Origin: Opitutia bacterium
Lineage (GTDB): Bacteria > Verrucomicrobiota > Verrucomicrobiia > Opitutales > Opitutaceae
DNA length: 64,000 bases
Direction of reading: 5' to 3'
Assembly (NCBI GenBank): GCA_016187925.1
Contig: JACPIS010000040.1
Location: forward strand, 37,242-101,241
Of the stretch, positions 24,562 to 33,366 are shown one piece after another. Each line of letters starts with the position of its first letter. The first letter of the stretch is position 1. Made by a program: the position numbers and the translations under genes. The notes beneath the pieces were generated by a model. The model was given only the letters and a program-made list of their open reading frames with translations, made no database searches and had not been told where the DNA came from.

Positions 24562-25499
24562 GGGGAAAAATCGAGGCCCTGTTTCAGCGCGTCGGCCAGG
24601 CGCACGTAGCGACGCATCGCCGCCACGTCATGCACGCGCACCATCGCGCAACCCTGCTGGATGCCCCAAACGATCGTGGCGCCGGTGCCGTCGAGCCGGT
24701 CGCCGACCTCGGTGCCGAGCACCTTGCCGATCGTGGATTTGCGCGACGTGCCGAGCAGCACGGGATGGCCGAGCGCGACGACGCGCGCGAGGTCGCGCAC
24801 AACGGCGAGGTTGTGCGGCACGTCTTTGGCGAAACCGAAACCCGGATCGAGCCAGAGCTGGGGCGCCGGGATGCCCGCCGCCGCGGCGAGTGCGAGGCTC
24901 AGCCGCAGATCGAGCAGGAAGTCCGGCCAGAAATCCGTGTAGTCGCGCGCCGGCCGGTTGTGCATGGCGATGACCGGGCAGCGCAGCGCCGCCACGGCCG
25001 CTGCCATCGGCGTCACGCCCAGCGGGGGCGCTTCGGCTGCGCCGCGAGCGCGCGCGACGGTGAGCCAGCGCGCGCGTTCGGCCACGGGCAAGCCGTGCGT
25101 GAGGCCCCAGACATCGTTGACGATGTCGGCGCCGGCGCGGATGGCGGCGGTGGCGACGTCGGCCTTGTAGGTGTCGATCGAGACCGGCACGGCGGGCCAG
25201 GCGCGCCGCAGCGCCGCGAGCGCGGGCAGCACGCGATCGAGCTCCTCCGTCGCCGAGACGGTCGCGGCGCCGGGCCGCGTGGACTCGCCGCCGAGGTCGA
25301 GCACGTCGGCACCCTCGGCGATCATCTGCGCGGCCCGGTCGACCACCGCCTGCGGCGTCGGCAGCTGGTTGCCGTCGGAGAACGAGTCGGGCGTGAGGTT
25401 GAGGATGCCCATGATCAAGGTCCGCGCCCCCGGCGCCGGCAGCGGCCGGCCGTGGGGACTGCGCCAGGCGACCTGGGCTCTCGCGGGCTCGTTTAACAT
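24558..25499 (-). CDS. folP: Dihydropteroate synthase
   Basis: MGILNLTPDSFSDG, GGESTRPG, DPGFGFAK, GTSRKS, VRVHDV. Confidence 0.96.
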   Translation of the reverse strand: MLNEPARAQVAWRSPHGRPLPAPGARTLIMGILNLTPDSFSDGNQLPTPQAVVDRAAQMIAEGADVLDLGGESTRPGAATVSATEELDRVLPALAALRRAWPAVPVSIDTYKADVATAAIRAGADIVNDVWGLTHGLPVAERARWLTVARARGAAEAPPLGVTPMAAAVAALRCPVIAMHNRPARDYTDFWPDFLLDLRLSLALAAAAGIPAPQLWLDPGFGFAKDVPHNLAVVRDLARVVALGHPVLLGTSRKSTIGKVLGTEVGDRLDGTGATIVWGIQQGCAMVRVHDVAAMRRYVRLADALKQGLDFSP

Positions 25500-25585
25500 G
25501 ATGGGGCTGCCATCTTTACCGCTATTGTGTCACTGGCAAGTCCCGGAACTTGACCCGGCTGCCTTCCTAAGGATAGTGCAGCCTC

Positions 25586-26152
25586 GTGCTGCTGGTCATC
25601 GACAATTACGACTCGTTCACCTTCAACCTCGTCCAATACTTCGGGCAACTGGGCGTGGCCATGCGCGTGTTCCGCAACGACGAGCTGACCCCGGCCGAGG
25701 CCGAGAAGCTCAACCCCGACCGCGTGCTCATCTCGCCCGGCCCGTGCACGCCCAACGAGGCGGGCATCAGCCTCGACATCTTCCGGGTCTTCGCCGGCAA
25801 GAAGCCCATCTTCGGCGTCTGCCTCGGCCACCAGGCCATGGGCCAGTATTTCGGCGGCAAGGTCATCCGCGCCCCGCGCCTCATGCATGGCAAGATGTCG
25901 CCCATCCTGCACCGCGGCACCGACGTGTTCGCCGGCCTCCCCTCGCCCTTCACCGCCACGCGCTACCACTCGCTGATCGTCGAGCGCGTCAGCCTGCCCG
26001 ACAGCCTCGAAATCACCGCCGAGACCGCCGAGGGCGAAATCATGGGCCTGCGGCACAAACAATTTCCGATCTGGGGTGTCCAATTCCACCCCGAGTCCAT
26101 CGCCACCGAAGGCGGCATGCGGATTCTCCAAAACTTCCTCTCGCTCAATTGA
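25586..26152 (+). CDS. pabA: Aminodeoxychorismate/anthranilate synthase component II (PabA/TrpG)
   Basis: [36 protein letters not shown]; divergent from folP. Confidence 0.9.
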   Translation: MLLVIDNYDSFTFNLVQYFGQLGVAMRVFRNDELTPAEAEKLNPDRVLISPGPCTPNEAGISLDIFRVFAGKKPIFGVCLGHQAMGQYFGGKVIRAPRLMHGKMSPILHRGTDVFAGLPSPFTATRYHSLIVERVSLPDSLEITAETAEGEIMGLRHKQFPIWGVQFHPESIATEGGMRILQNFLSLN

Positions 26153-26155
26153 CCC

Positions 26156-26638
26156 ATGCGTTGCCCCAAGTGCACCTCCATTGAGGACAAGGTGATCGAT
26201 TCCCGCATCGCCCGCGACGGCAACTCCATCCGCCGCCGCCGCGAGTGCCTCGAGTGCGGCCACCGCTTCACCACCAACGAGGAGTTCGTCCGCGACAGCC
26301 TTGTCGTCGTGAAGCGCGACGGCCGCCAGGAGCCGTTCCTCCGCGACAAGCTCGTCGGCGCCGTCCGCGCCGCCTGCCACAAGCGCCCGATCGACGGCGA
26401 GCAGATCTCCATGCTGGTCGAAGACGTGATCGACGCCGTCGAGGCGCGCTACGACAGCCAGGTGCCGACCAAGGCCATCGGCGAGCACGTCATGCAGCGC
26501 CTGCGCAAGATGGACCAGGTCGCGTACGTCCGCTTCGCCAGCGTCTACAAGGAATTCCGCGACGTCTCGGAGTTCGTCGACGAAATCACCAGCCTTGCCC
26601 CGGGCGCTTCCGGCGTTACACAGAAGCCCAAGAAATGA
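26156..26638 (+). CDS. nrdR: Transcriptional repressor NrdR
   Basis: MRCPKC...IRRRRECLECGHRFTT, ATP cone VVKRDG, AYVRFASVY. Confidence 0.96.
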   Translation: MRCPKCTSIEDKVIDSRIARDGNSIRRRRECLECGHRFTTNEEFVRDSLVVVKRDGRQEPFLRDKLVGAVRAACHKRPIDGEQISMLVEDVIDAVEARYDSQVPTKAIGEHVMQRLRKMDQVAYVRFASVYKEFRDVSEFVDEITSLAPGASGVTQKPKK

Positions 26639-27117
26639 TGCGCTCCGCCAAACTGCGCCGGCTGCACTTCCTCAACGCGCTCTTCGCCCCGCTCACGGGC
26701 CACGCTCTTTACCTGGCCGAGCAGATCGACGCGGCCATCACGACCAGCCTCGACGACACCACCCGCGACGAGCGCACGCCGAACGACCCGGCATTCGTCA
26801 ACGCCGCCGCCACGCTCTTCGGCCGGCTCTGCGCCACGCAGCCGCGCCACGGGTTCTTCCATTGGGACGCCGCCGCCGACACCGCCGGGGCCGATCCGCT
26901 CTTCGCCCGCGCCGGCCTGATGCAAGGCCTCAAGCAGCTCGCACCCTTCGACGAGTCGACCGTGCTCGTCACCAATCTCCGCTCCGCCCACTGCCCGCCC
27001 GACCGCCGCTGGACCGAGCGTCGCCGCCGCGCCTACGATGACACCCTGACGCTCCTCCGCGAGCTCACCGCCGCCCGCACCCGCCGCGGCGCCAGCGTGA
27101 ACGTGCTGTTCCTTTAA
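26635..27117 (+). CDS. Hypothetical protein translationally coupled to nrdR
   Basis: ATGA overlap with nrdR stop; strong coding bias; 160 aa. Confidence 0.75.
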   Translation: MMRSAKLRRLHFLNALFAPLTGHALYLAEQIDAAITTSLDDTTRDERTPNDPAFVNAAATLFGRLCATQPRHGFFHWDAAADTAGADPLFARAGLMQGLKQLAPFDESTVLVTNLRSAHCPPDRRWTERRRRAYDDTLTLLRELTAARTRRGASVNVLFL

Positions 27118-27120
27118 CCA

Positions 27121-27192
27121 CCACGAAACACACCAAAAACACGAAAGGGAAATCCCCGCTCCGCGTTTTTGTGTGTTTCGTGTATTTCGTGG
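27121..27192. repeat. Inverted CACGAAA-array element
   Basis: ccacgaaacacaccaaaaacacgaaa ... tttttgtgtgtttcgtgtatttcgtgg; arms of 3 units with ~9-10 nt period. Confidence 0.8.
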
Positions 27193-27205
27193 CGACCACC
27201 CTCCC

Positions 27206-27550
27206 ATGAGCAAAACCATCTTCCAAAAGATCATCGACCGGGAGATTCCGGCCAAGCTCGCCCACGAGGACGAGCACTGCATCGCGATCCACGACATTAA
27301 CCCGCAGGCGCCGGTGCACGTGCTGGTCATCCCGAGGCGGCCCATCGCCCGCGTCGGTGAGGCCAAGGCCTCCGACGCCGCCCTGCTCGGCCACCTGCTG
27401 CTCGCCGCCGCCGACCTCGCCCGGAAGCTCGGCATCGCCGAGAGCGGCTACCGGCTCGTCATCAACAACGGCCGCGACGGCGGCGAATCCGTCCCGTATC
27501 TGCACGTCCACCTGCTCGGCAAACGCCCCCTCGCCTGGCCGCCGGGCTGA
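27206..27550 (+). CDS. Histidine triad (HIT) nucleotide-binding protein
   Basis: TIFQKII, DINPQAPVHVLVIP, VPYLHVHLLG; start ATG 27206. Confidence 0.92.
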   Translation: MSKTIFQKIIDREIPAKLAHEDEHCIAIHDINPQAPVHVLVIPRRPIARVGEAKASDAALLGHLLLAAADLARKLGIAESGYRLVINNGRDGGESVPYLHVHLLGKRPLAWPPG

Positions 27551-27616
27551 ACGCGGCTTCGGGGTTTGGATCGTATGCGGCCGACGCCTCGCATCACACT
27601 CCGGCTTGGTAACCGT

Positions 27617-27862
27617 GCAGGAGCCTGCTTGCAGGCGAAGAGAAACGCGCGCCAACGAATCGTGTGCTGCCTCGCCTGCGACACCTCTTGTAGAGCCTCA
27701 CCTTGTGTGAGGCCTTTGGCCGTGGCGAACGCGAGGCTCGACACAAGGTCGAGCCCTACGAAGCGGATGAGCTCTCCGATTCTGTAGGGCGGGGTCGCCG
27801 ACCCCGCCTTGAATGTGTTGCCGACTGCGCAGCCTCGGTGGGGTCAGCGACCCCGCCCTACA
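27617..27862. repeat. Stack of three different REP-like doublets
   Basis: gcaggagcctgcttgcaggcga (27617-27638) with partial partner tcgcctgc; doublet 27690-27759; doublet 27783-27862. Confidence 0.85.
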
Positions 27863-27864
27863 AT

Positions 27865-29952
27865 TCACCTCAGGTATTTCGCCAGCCAGCCGCGGAGCTC
27901 GCCGTACCAGTAGCGGCTGTCCTCGCCGCGGAGGATCCAGTGACCAGCCTCGGGGAAGACGAGCAGCTTGCTGGGCACGTTGAGTCGCTGGTTGAGCGTG
28001 AACCACATGTAGGCGTTGTTCACCGGCACGCGGTAGTCGAGCTCGCCGACGGTGATAAGGATGGGCGACTTGAAGCCGGTGCCCTTCGCGTGGTTGCCGC
28101 CCTGCATGACCGGGCTCTGCTCGCGCCACACCGGACTGTCGCCCCAGATCGGGCTGCCGCTGTTGACCTCGCGCCCGAAGATGCTGTCGCTCGTGCCCCA
28201 CTGCATGATCAGGTCGGCTTCGCCGGCGTGGGAGATGATGCACTTGTAGCGCGTGGTGGTGGCTTGCAGCCAGTTGGCGAGATGGCCGCCGTAACTGGCG
28301 CCGCCCGCGGCGATCCGCGAGCCGTCGATGAAGGCATAGCGCTTCACGGCCTCGTCCGCCGCCTCGTTGAGCTCGTCGGCCGGGCCCTTGAGCGGGTCGA
28401 ACTGGATCGAGCGGGCGAACTCCTCGCCGTAGCCGGTCGAGCCCTTGTAGTCGGTGAGCAGCAGCACGTATTCCGCGCCGGCTAGCAGGTGGTAATTCCA
28501 GCGGAGCACGAACGTGTCGTGCCACATGCTGGCCGCGCCGCCGTGGATGACCATGAAGAGCGGATACTTTTTCGCCGGGTCGAAGCCGGCGGGCTTCACG
28601 AGCATGTTGTGGATCGTGCGGCTGTCGGAAGCCTTGAACTCGAAATGCTCCACCGGCAGCAGGTCGAGCGTCGCGGCCTTGGCGGCGTTGATCGACGTCA
28701 GGCGTTTCGGCGCGCCGTTGAACAAGTAAATCTCCGCCGGGCTGACGGCGCTGTCCCACGTGCCGACGAGCGCGGCGCCGCCGGCGTTGAGGCCGCCAAT
28801 GGTGCCGGTGGCGGGTGAAGCTTCGTCCCGCACGTCGCCGCCGGCGAAGCTGACGGAGTGCAGCTGCTCGATGCCTGCGTGCTCGAAGGTGAAGTAGACG
28901 CGGTCGCCGCCCGCAGGCAGCGCGAAACGCGAGACCGCGCGGTCGAGCCCGGCCGTGAGCACCTGGCGCCCGGCGGCGTTGAACGGCCACGGGAAGCTCG
29001 CGAGGCGGGTCAGGTCGTAGACCTTGCCGGGCGTGTTGGGATCGGTGAGGCAAAAGAGCGTCTTGCCGTCGGGCGAAAACTGCAGCGCGCCGTAGCTGGA
29101 CATGTCGTTGGTGAGGCGCTGCGGTTCGCCGCCGCCTGTGCCGACAAGATAGAGCTGCGTATTGACCGCCGCCCGGGCGGCCTCGTCGCGGTTGGTCGAG
29201 ACGGTGAAAACCACGCCGCTGCCGTCGGGCGTCCACTCGGCTTCGATGGCTTGGCCGTCGTCGCTCTGGCCGCCGCCGAAGCCGGGCAAATCGGCGAGCT
29301 TGGTACCGGCGAGCAGGTCGCGCGCCTTGGCGCCGGCCTGGGCGTCCATCACGAAGAGGTGGGCCTTTTTGTCGTCGAGCCACGCCATCCAGAAGCGCGG
29401 CGGGAACTGCTCGTAGGCGCGGGCGTTGTATTTGCGGTCCTTGCGCTCCTTGGCGATTTTCTTGATGGCTTCCTCGTCGCTGGCGCCAGGGAACACGTCG
29501 CTGACGAACAGCAGCTGCTTGCCGTCGGGGCTCCACTTGGCCTGGCGCGCGCCGAGTGTGAGCGTGGTGAGCCGCTCGGCCTCGCCGCCGGAGAGGTCGA
29601 GCACGTAGAGCTGCGCCGCGTCGTCGCCCTCGCGCTTGGCGCCGAAAACGAGCTTCCGGCTGTCGGGCGACCAGCTCACGCCGCCCTCGCCGCCCTTGCT
29701 GTAGGTCAGCCGCCGCGCGGGCGTGTCGTCGGTGAGCGACTTGAGCCAGAGGTCCGACCACTGTTCCTTGGCGTCGTAGGCCGGCTCGGTGACGGCGTAG
29801 ACGGCCCACTTGCCGTCGGGGCTGGCGACGGGGGCGCCCACGCGCTTCATCAGCCAGACATCCTCGTGGGTGATGGCGTGCTTCGGGGTGGTTTCCGCGG
29901 CGCCCATCCAGGCGACCACGCAGCAGAACAGGGCAACGAATCGGAGCTTCAT
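27865..29952 (-). CDS. S9 family (prolyl oligo-/acylaminoacyl) peptidase, secreted
   Basis: Signal peptide, propeller repeats (SPDG), IHGG, GASYGG nucleophile, GELDYRV, EAGHW. Confidence 0.93.
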   Translation of the reverse strand: MKLRFVALFCCVVAWMGAAETTPKHAITHEDVWLMKRVGAPVASPDGKWAVYAVTEPAYDAKEQWSDLWLKSLTDDTPARRLTYSKGGEGGVSWSPDSRKLVFGAKREGDDAAQLYVLDLSGGEAERLTTLTLGARQAKWSPDGKQLLFVSDVFPGASDEEAIKKIAKERKDRKYNARAYEQFPPRFWMAWLDDKKAHLFVMDAQAGAKARDLLAGTKLADLPGFGGGQSDDGQAIEAEWTPDGSGVVFTVSTNRDEAARAAVNTQLYLVGTGGGEPQRLTNDMSSYGALQFSPDGKTLFCLTDPNTPGKVYDLTRLASFPWPFNAAGRQVLTAGLDRAVSRFALPAGGDRVYFTFEHAGIEQLHSVSFAGGDVRDEASPATGTIGGLNAGGAALVGTWDSAVSPAEIYLFNGAPKRLTSINAAKAATLDLLPVEHFEFKASDSRTIHNMLVKPAGFDPAKKYPLFMVIHGGAASMWHDTFVLRWNYHLLAGAEYVLLLTDYKGSTGYGEEFARSIQFDPLKGPADELNEAADEAVKRYAFIDGSRIAAGGASYGGHLANWLQATTTRYKCIISHAGEADLIMQWGTSDSIFGREVNSGSPIWGDSPVWREQSPVMQGGNHAKGTGFKSPILITVGELDYRVPVNNAYMWFTLNQRLNVPSKLLVFPEAGHWILRGEDSRYWYGELRGWLAKYLR

Positions 29953-29982
29953 CCGGCCAGTGTCATAAACCTCCCGACCGAG

Positions 29983-31119
29983 TCAAACGCGGGCTTCGAA
30001 CGTCCCGTCGGCGCGCTTGGTGACGAGTTTTTTCAGCTCGAGCGACATGAGGGTGGCCGAAACCTCGGGCGCGCTGAGGTCGCTCGCGGCGGCGAGGTCG
30101 TCGATGCCCAAGAGCGCGCCGCCGCGGAAACACTCGACCAGTTTCGCCTCGACCGGGGTCAGCTTGCCTTGCAACTGTTCCAGCACGCTGGGCTGCCCTT
30201 CCGGCTGCGGAATGGCCGACGGACGCAGGCCGCCGAGGTAGCTGAGTTCGTTCAGGATGTCGTCGACGCCTGTCAGCAGCGTCGCGCCGTCGCGGATGAG
30301 CTGGTGGCAACCGGCGCTGCTCGGCTGGTCGATGCGGCCGGGCACGGCGAAGATGAGCCGCCCCTGTTCGCCGGCGAAGCGCGCCGTGATCATCGCGCCG
30401 CCGTCGACGTCGCTCTCGATCACCACGACCGCGTCGCTCATGCCGGAGACGATGCGGTTGCGCATGGCGAAGGACTGCCGGTCGGCCTTGCGGCCGAAGG
30501 GAAATTCCGCGAGCACCGCGCCGCTCTCGGCGATGCGGCGGTAGAGGCCGAGATTTTCCGAGGGATAGATGATGTCGATGCCCGTGCCGAGCACCGCCGC
30601 GGTCTTGCCGCCGACGGACAGCGCGCCCTCGTGCGCCGCGGTGTCGATGCCGCGCGCCAGCCCGCTGACGACGCAGAAGCCGAGCCGCGCCAGCTCGGCG
30701 CCGAGTTTCTTCGCCGTCGCCTGGCCGTAGAGCGTCGTCCGCCGGCTGCCGACGAGCGCGATGCACGGCTGCTCGAAAAGATAATCGCCCTTCCGGTAGA
30801 GCCCGATGGGCGGGTCGTGGATTTCCTTCAGCATCCGCGGATAGCCTGCGTCGCGCGCCGTGATGAAGCTCGCGCCGGCCTGCGCCAGCCGCTCCTCCTC
30901 GCGGGCGAGGTTGAAGTGCTGCTCCCACGCGAGCACCGACGCGCTCGTCTCGGGGCCGACGCCGCGCACCGCCTCGAGCTGGCGCTTGGTGGCGGTGAAG
31001 ATTTTGAGCGGATCGCCGCCGAACTCGGTGAGCAGGCGGTTGAGGGTGATCGGGCCGATGTTGGGCAGATCGTTCAGAATCATGAACGCCTGCCGCTCGG
31101 TCAGTGAGTCGTGGGCCAT
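29983..31119 (-). CDS. dprA: DNA-processing protein DprA
   Basis: VGSRR, VSGLARGID, RNRIVSG, GAMITA, FAVPG, C-terminal winged helix. Confidence 0.95.
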   Translation of the reverse strand: MAHDSLTERQAFMILNDLPNIGPITLNRLLTEFGGDPLKIFTATKRQLEAVRGVGPETSASVLAWEQHFNLAREEERLAQAGASFITARDAGYPRMLKEIHDPPIGLYRKGDYLFEQPCIALVGSRRTTLYGQATAKKLGAELARLGFCVVSGLARGIDTAAHEGALSVGGKTAAVLGTGIDIIYPSENLGLYRRIAESGAVLAEFPFGRKADRQSFAMRNRIVSGMSDAVVVIESDVDGGAMITARFAGEQGRLIFAVPGRIDQPSSAGCHQLIRDGATLLTGVDDILNELSYLGGLRPSAIPQPEGQPSVLEQLQGKLTPVEAKLVECFRGGALLGIDDLAAASDLSAPEVSATLMSLELKKLVTKRADGTFEARV

Positions 31120-31122
31120 GTT

Positions 31123-31188
31123 GGGAGAGGAGCTTTATGCCCCGACTTCGCGTTCGAATCGGTCACGGCGGAAAGCCGCCGCTCCTAC
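31123..31188. repeat. Hybrid REP doublet overlapping the nnr stop codon
   Basis: Left arm gggagaggagctttatgccccgac resembles the 8121/8165 arms; right arm reads gtaggagcggcggctttccgccgtgac on the minus strand and its TAG is the nnr stop. Confidence 0.7.
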
Positions 31189-32702
31189 TCCGAATGCAAT
31201 GCCGGTTGCAGAGTGTCGAACAACTGCGTCGTCTGCACGGCCACCTGGCCCTTGTCGCGGGCGAGCAAATCCGCAGCGAGCCCATGCCACACTACGCCGC
31301 GACCGGCGGCGAGCAGCAAATCGCCCGGCGCCTGCGCCAGCAGCCCGCCGATCAGGCCGGCCAGCACGTCGCCACTGCCTCCGCGCGCCAGCACCGGCCC
31401 GCCGAAGAGACTGAAGTAAGTCTGCCCGCCCGCGCTGATCCGCGTCGGATAACCCTTGGCCACCAGCACGCCGTCCTTGCGCCAGCCGGTTTCCGCGGCG
31501 ATCCGCGCCAACTCGCCGGCGTGCGGCGTGGCGATGAGCCGTTTGCCCGCGGCGGCAGCGAGAATCTCCGGCCGCAGCGCGTCGGCATCGAGCAACAGCG
31601 GCACTGCGGCGGCGCGCACGATCTCCTGCACGGTCGCGAGAGTTTCCGACTCGGTGCCGAGCCCGGGGCCGATGGCCAACGCGGAAGCGCGCGGCAGCTT
31701 TTCGAGCAATAGTTTCAGGCCCGACGCAGCAAGGCCGCCGTTGGGCGTCTCCGGCCAGGCGACCCACATCGCCTCGGGAAAGCGCGCGGCATACTCGGGC
31801 ACCAACGACGCAGGCACGAAGGCCGTCAGCAGCCCCACCCCGCTGCGCAGCGCAGCCTGCACGGTGAGCAGCACCGCGCCCGGGTAGCTGCGCGAGCCAC
31901 CGACCACGAAGAGATGACCGAAGGCGCGCTTGTCGGACTGCGCCGGACGGAGCGCGGCGAGCGGCGCGAGGAGCGAAGGGAGCAGGACGTGCTGCAGCGC
32001 TGGCGGCTCGTCGGGGACGACTCGCCCTACCTGGAAGAAGCCGAGGTCGAGGTAGCGGATGCGGCCGACAAAGGCGGCGTTGGCGGGCGCGAGCACGGGC
32101 ACTTTCACGATGCCGGTCGCATAGGTGAAATCCGCGCGGAAGACCGTGGCGGCGTTGGTCTCCCCGAGTCCGCTGGGCAGGTCGACCGCTGTGCGCAGGC
32201 GGAGGCGCGGATGCGTGTTCACCCAGGCGAGGATTTCCGCGGTGGCGTCGTCGAGCGGCGGACGGAACTGAAAGCCGAACACGCCGTCGAGGCAGACGTC
32301 GTAACCCGCCAGTTCGCTTTTCAACCCCGGGAAAGTCACCTCGCGCACGCGCGTGCCGCCGAGCTTGAGCAACTCATCCAGCGCGCGGCGCGCCAACGGG
32401 CGGAGCGCCAGCTCGCCGAAGCACAGCAGCACATCGGCGCGGACCAGCGGGCGGGTTTCGAGCAGCGTCTTCGCCGCCAGCAGGGCGTCGCCGCCGTTGT
32501 GCCCCTTGCCAGCCAGCACGAGCAGTCGCGCGTTGTCCGGCAGGCCGCCGATCTCGCGGCTGTCACTGAGCACGGCGCAGGCGATGGCGCCGCCCGCGCG
32601 CTGCATGGCCGTCCACTCCGCCGCCTCGTCCTGGAGCAGCGCGGCCTCCCACGCCTTCGCCTCGACGCAGGTGAGCACGGGATGGGATGCAAGCGGCGGC
32701 AT
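31185..32702 (-). CDS. nnr: Bifunctional NAD(P)H-hydrate epimerase/dehydratase (NnrE-NnrD)
   Basis: GKGHNGGD, DLPSG, GGSRSYPGA, GPGLG, DADAL, TPHAGEL, LARGGSGDVLAG. Confidence 0.94.
   Translation of the reverse strand: MPPLASHPVLTCVEAKAWEAALLQDEAAEWTAMQRAGGAIACAVLSDSREIGGLPDNARLLVLAGKGHNGGDALLAAKTLLETRPLVRADVLLCFGELALRPLARRALDELLKLGGTRVREVTFPGLKSELAGYDVCLDGVFGFQFRPPLDDATAEILAWVNTHPRLRLRTAVDLPSGLGETNAATVFRADFTYATGIVKVPVLAPANAAFVGRIRYLDLGFFQVGRVVPDEPPALQHVLLPSLLAPLAALRPAQSDKRAFGHLFVVGGSRSYPGAVLLTVQAALRSGVGLLTAFVPASLVPEYAARFPEAMWVAWPETPNGGLAASGLKLLLEKLPRASALAIGPGLGTESETLATVQEIVRAAAVPLLLDADALRPEILAAAAGKRLIATPHAGELARIAAETGWRKDGVLVAKGYPTRISAGGQTYFSLFGGPVLARGGSGDVLAGLIGGLLAQAPGDLLLAAGRGVVWHGLAADLLARDKGQVAVQTTQLFDTLQPALHSE
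32004..32031 (-). repeat. REP copy embedded in frame within nnr
   Basis: cggctcgtcggggacgactcgccctacc matches intergenic 23636-23663 at 25/28 nt. Confidence 0.8.
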
Positions 32703-32740
32703 GCGCCCAGCCTACCCGGGGCCCGCAACGAGAAAAGGAA

Positions 32741-33361
32741 TTAAAGGCCGGCGCCCGGCGTCAGAGCGGGATATCTCGGCAACGGCGGAGGCGGCGGGGA
32801 CGGCGCATAGGATTGCTCCATCGGCTTGGGCGACTCTGGGTCATGCTCGGATACCGGCTGGGCAAACGGCTCCGGCATGCGCGGCGGCAGGTCGACGATC
32901 GGTTCGCTCGCCGGGTCGTAGTCCGGATGCTGGCGGTGAAACGCGTCGTGGTCCGCCTGCGGTTCGGTGAACACGATCGGCAACCGGCCGCGGACGCCGT
33001 GATCGATGAAGGGCCGGGACAATCTCTGGATCGTGCGGAAATAGAATTGCCCGTGCACGCGACGTACCTCGTAGAAATCACTGAAGCGCTTCCGGCGGGC
33101 GTTCCAGACGGCGATCTCGGTGGCATCGTCCTCCCAGACCGCATAGCCGCCCCAGCGCTGGAAAGTCTGCTCCGCGCCCGCCAAAGTCCCCGCATCCCGG
33201 GGCGCGTCGGAAGCGGCGGCCGGTTTCTCCCGCACCTTCACCTGTTCCGCGGCGGGCGGAGCTTTGGACGTGTCGGATTTGAACATCACCCAACCGAAGC
33301 TCAGACCCATCGCGAAACCCAACGTCAGCCAAAGAGGAAAGCTGTTACCGTTGGCCGCCAT
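32741..33361 (-). CDS. Hypothetical membrane-anchored protein with Pro-rich C-terminus
   Basis: N-terminal TM (FPLWLTLGFAMGLSFGWVMF), globular core, PPPPP tail; start ATG 33361. Confidence 0.7.
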   Translation of the reverse strand: MAANGNSFPLWLTLGFAMGLSFGWVMFKSDTSKAPPAAEQVKVREKPAAASDAPRDAGTLAGAEQTFQRWGGYAVWEDDATEIAVWNARRKRFSDFYEVRRVHGQFYFRTIQRLSRPFIDHGVRGRLPIVFTEPQADHDAFHRQHPDYDPASEPIVDLPPRMPEPFAQPVSEHDPESPKPMEQSYAPSPPPPPLPRYPALTPGAGL

Positions 33362-33366
33362 GGCAG

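Noticed and set aside
27121..27862. Possible CRISPR array in the repeat-rich HIT/peptidase region
   Set aside because: Repeats are inverted and heterogeneous, with no regular repeat-spacer period and no cas genes.
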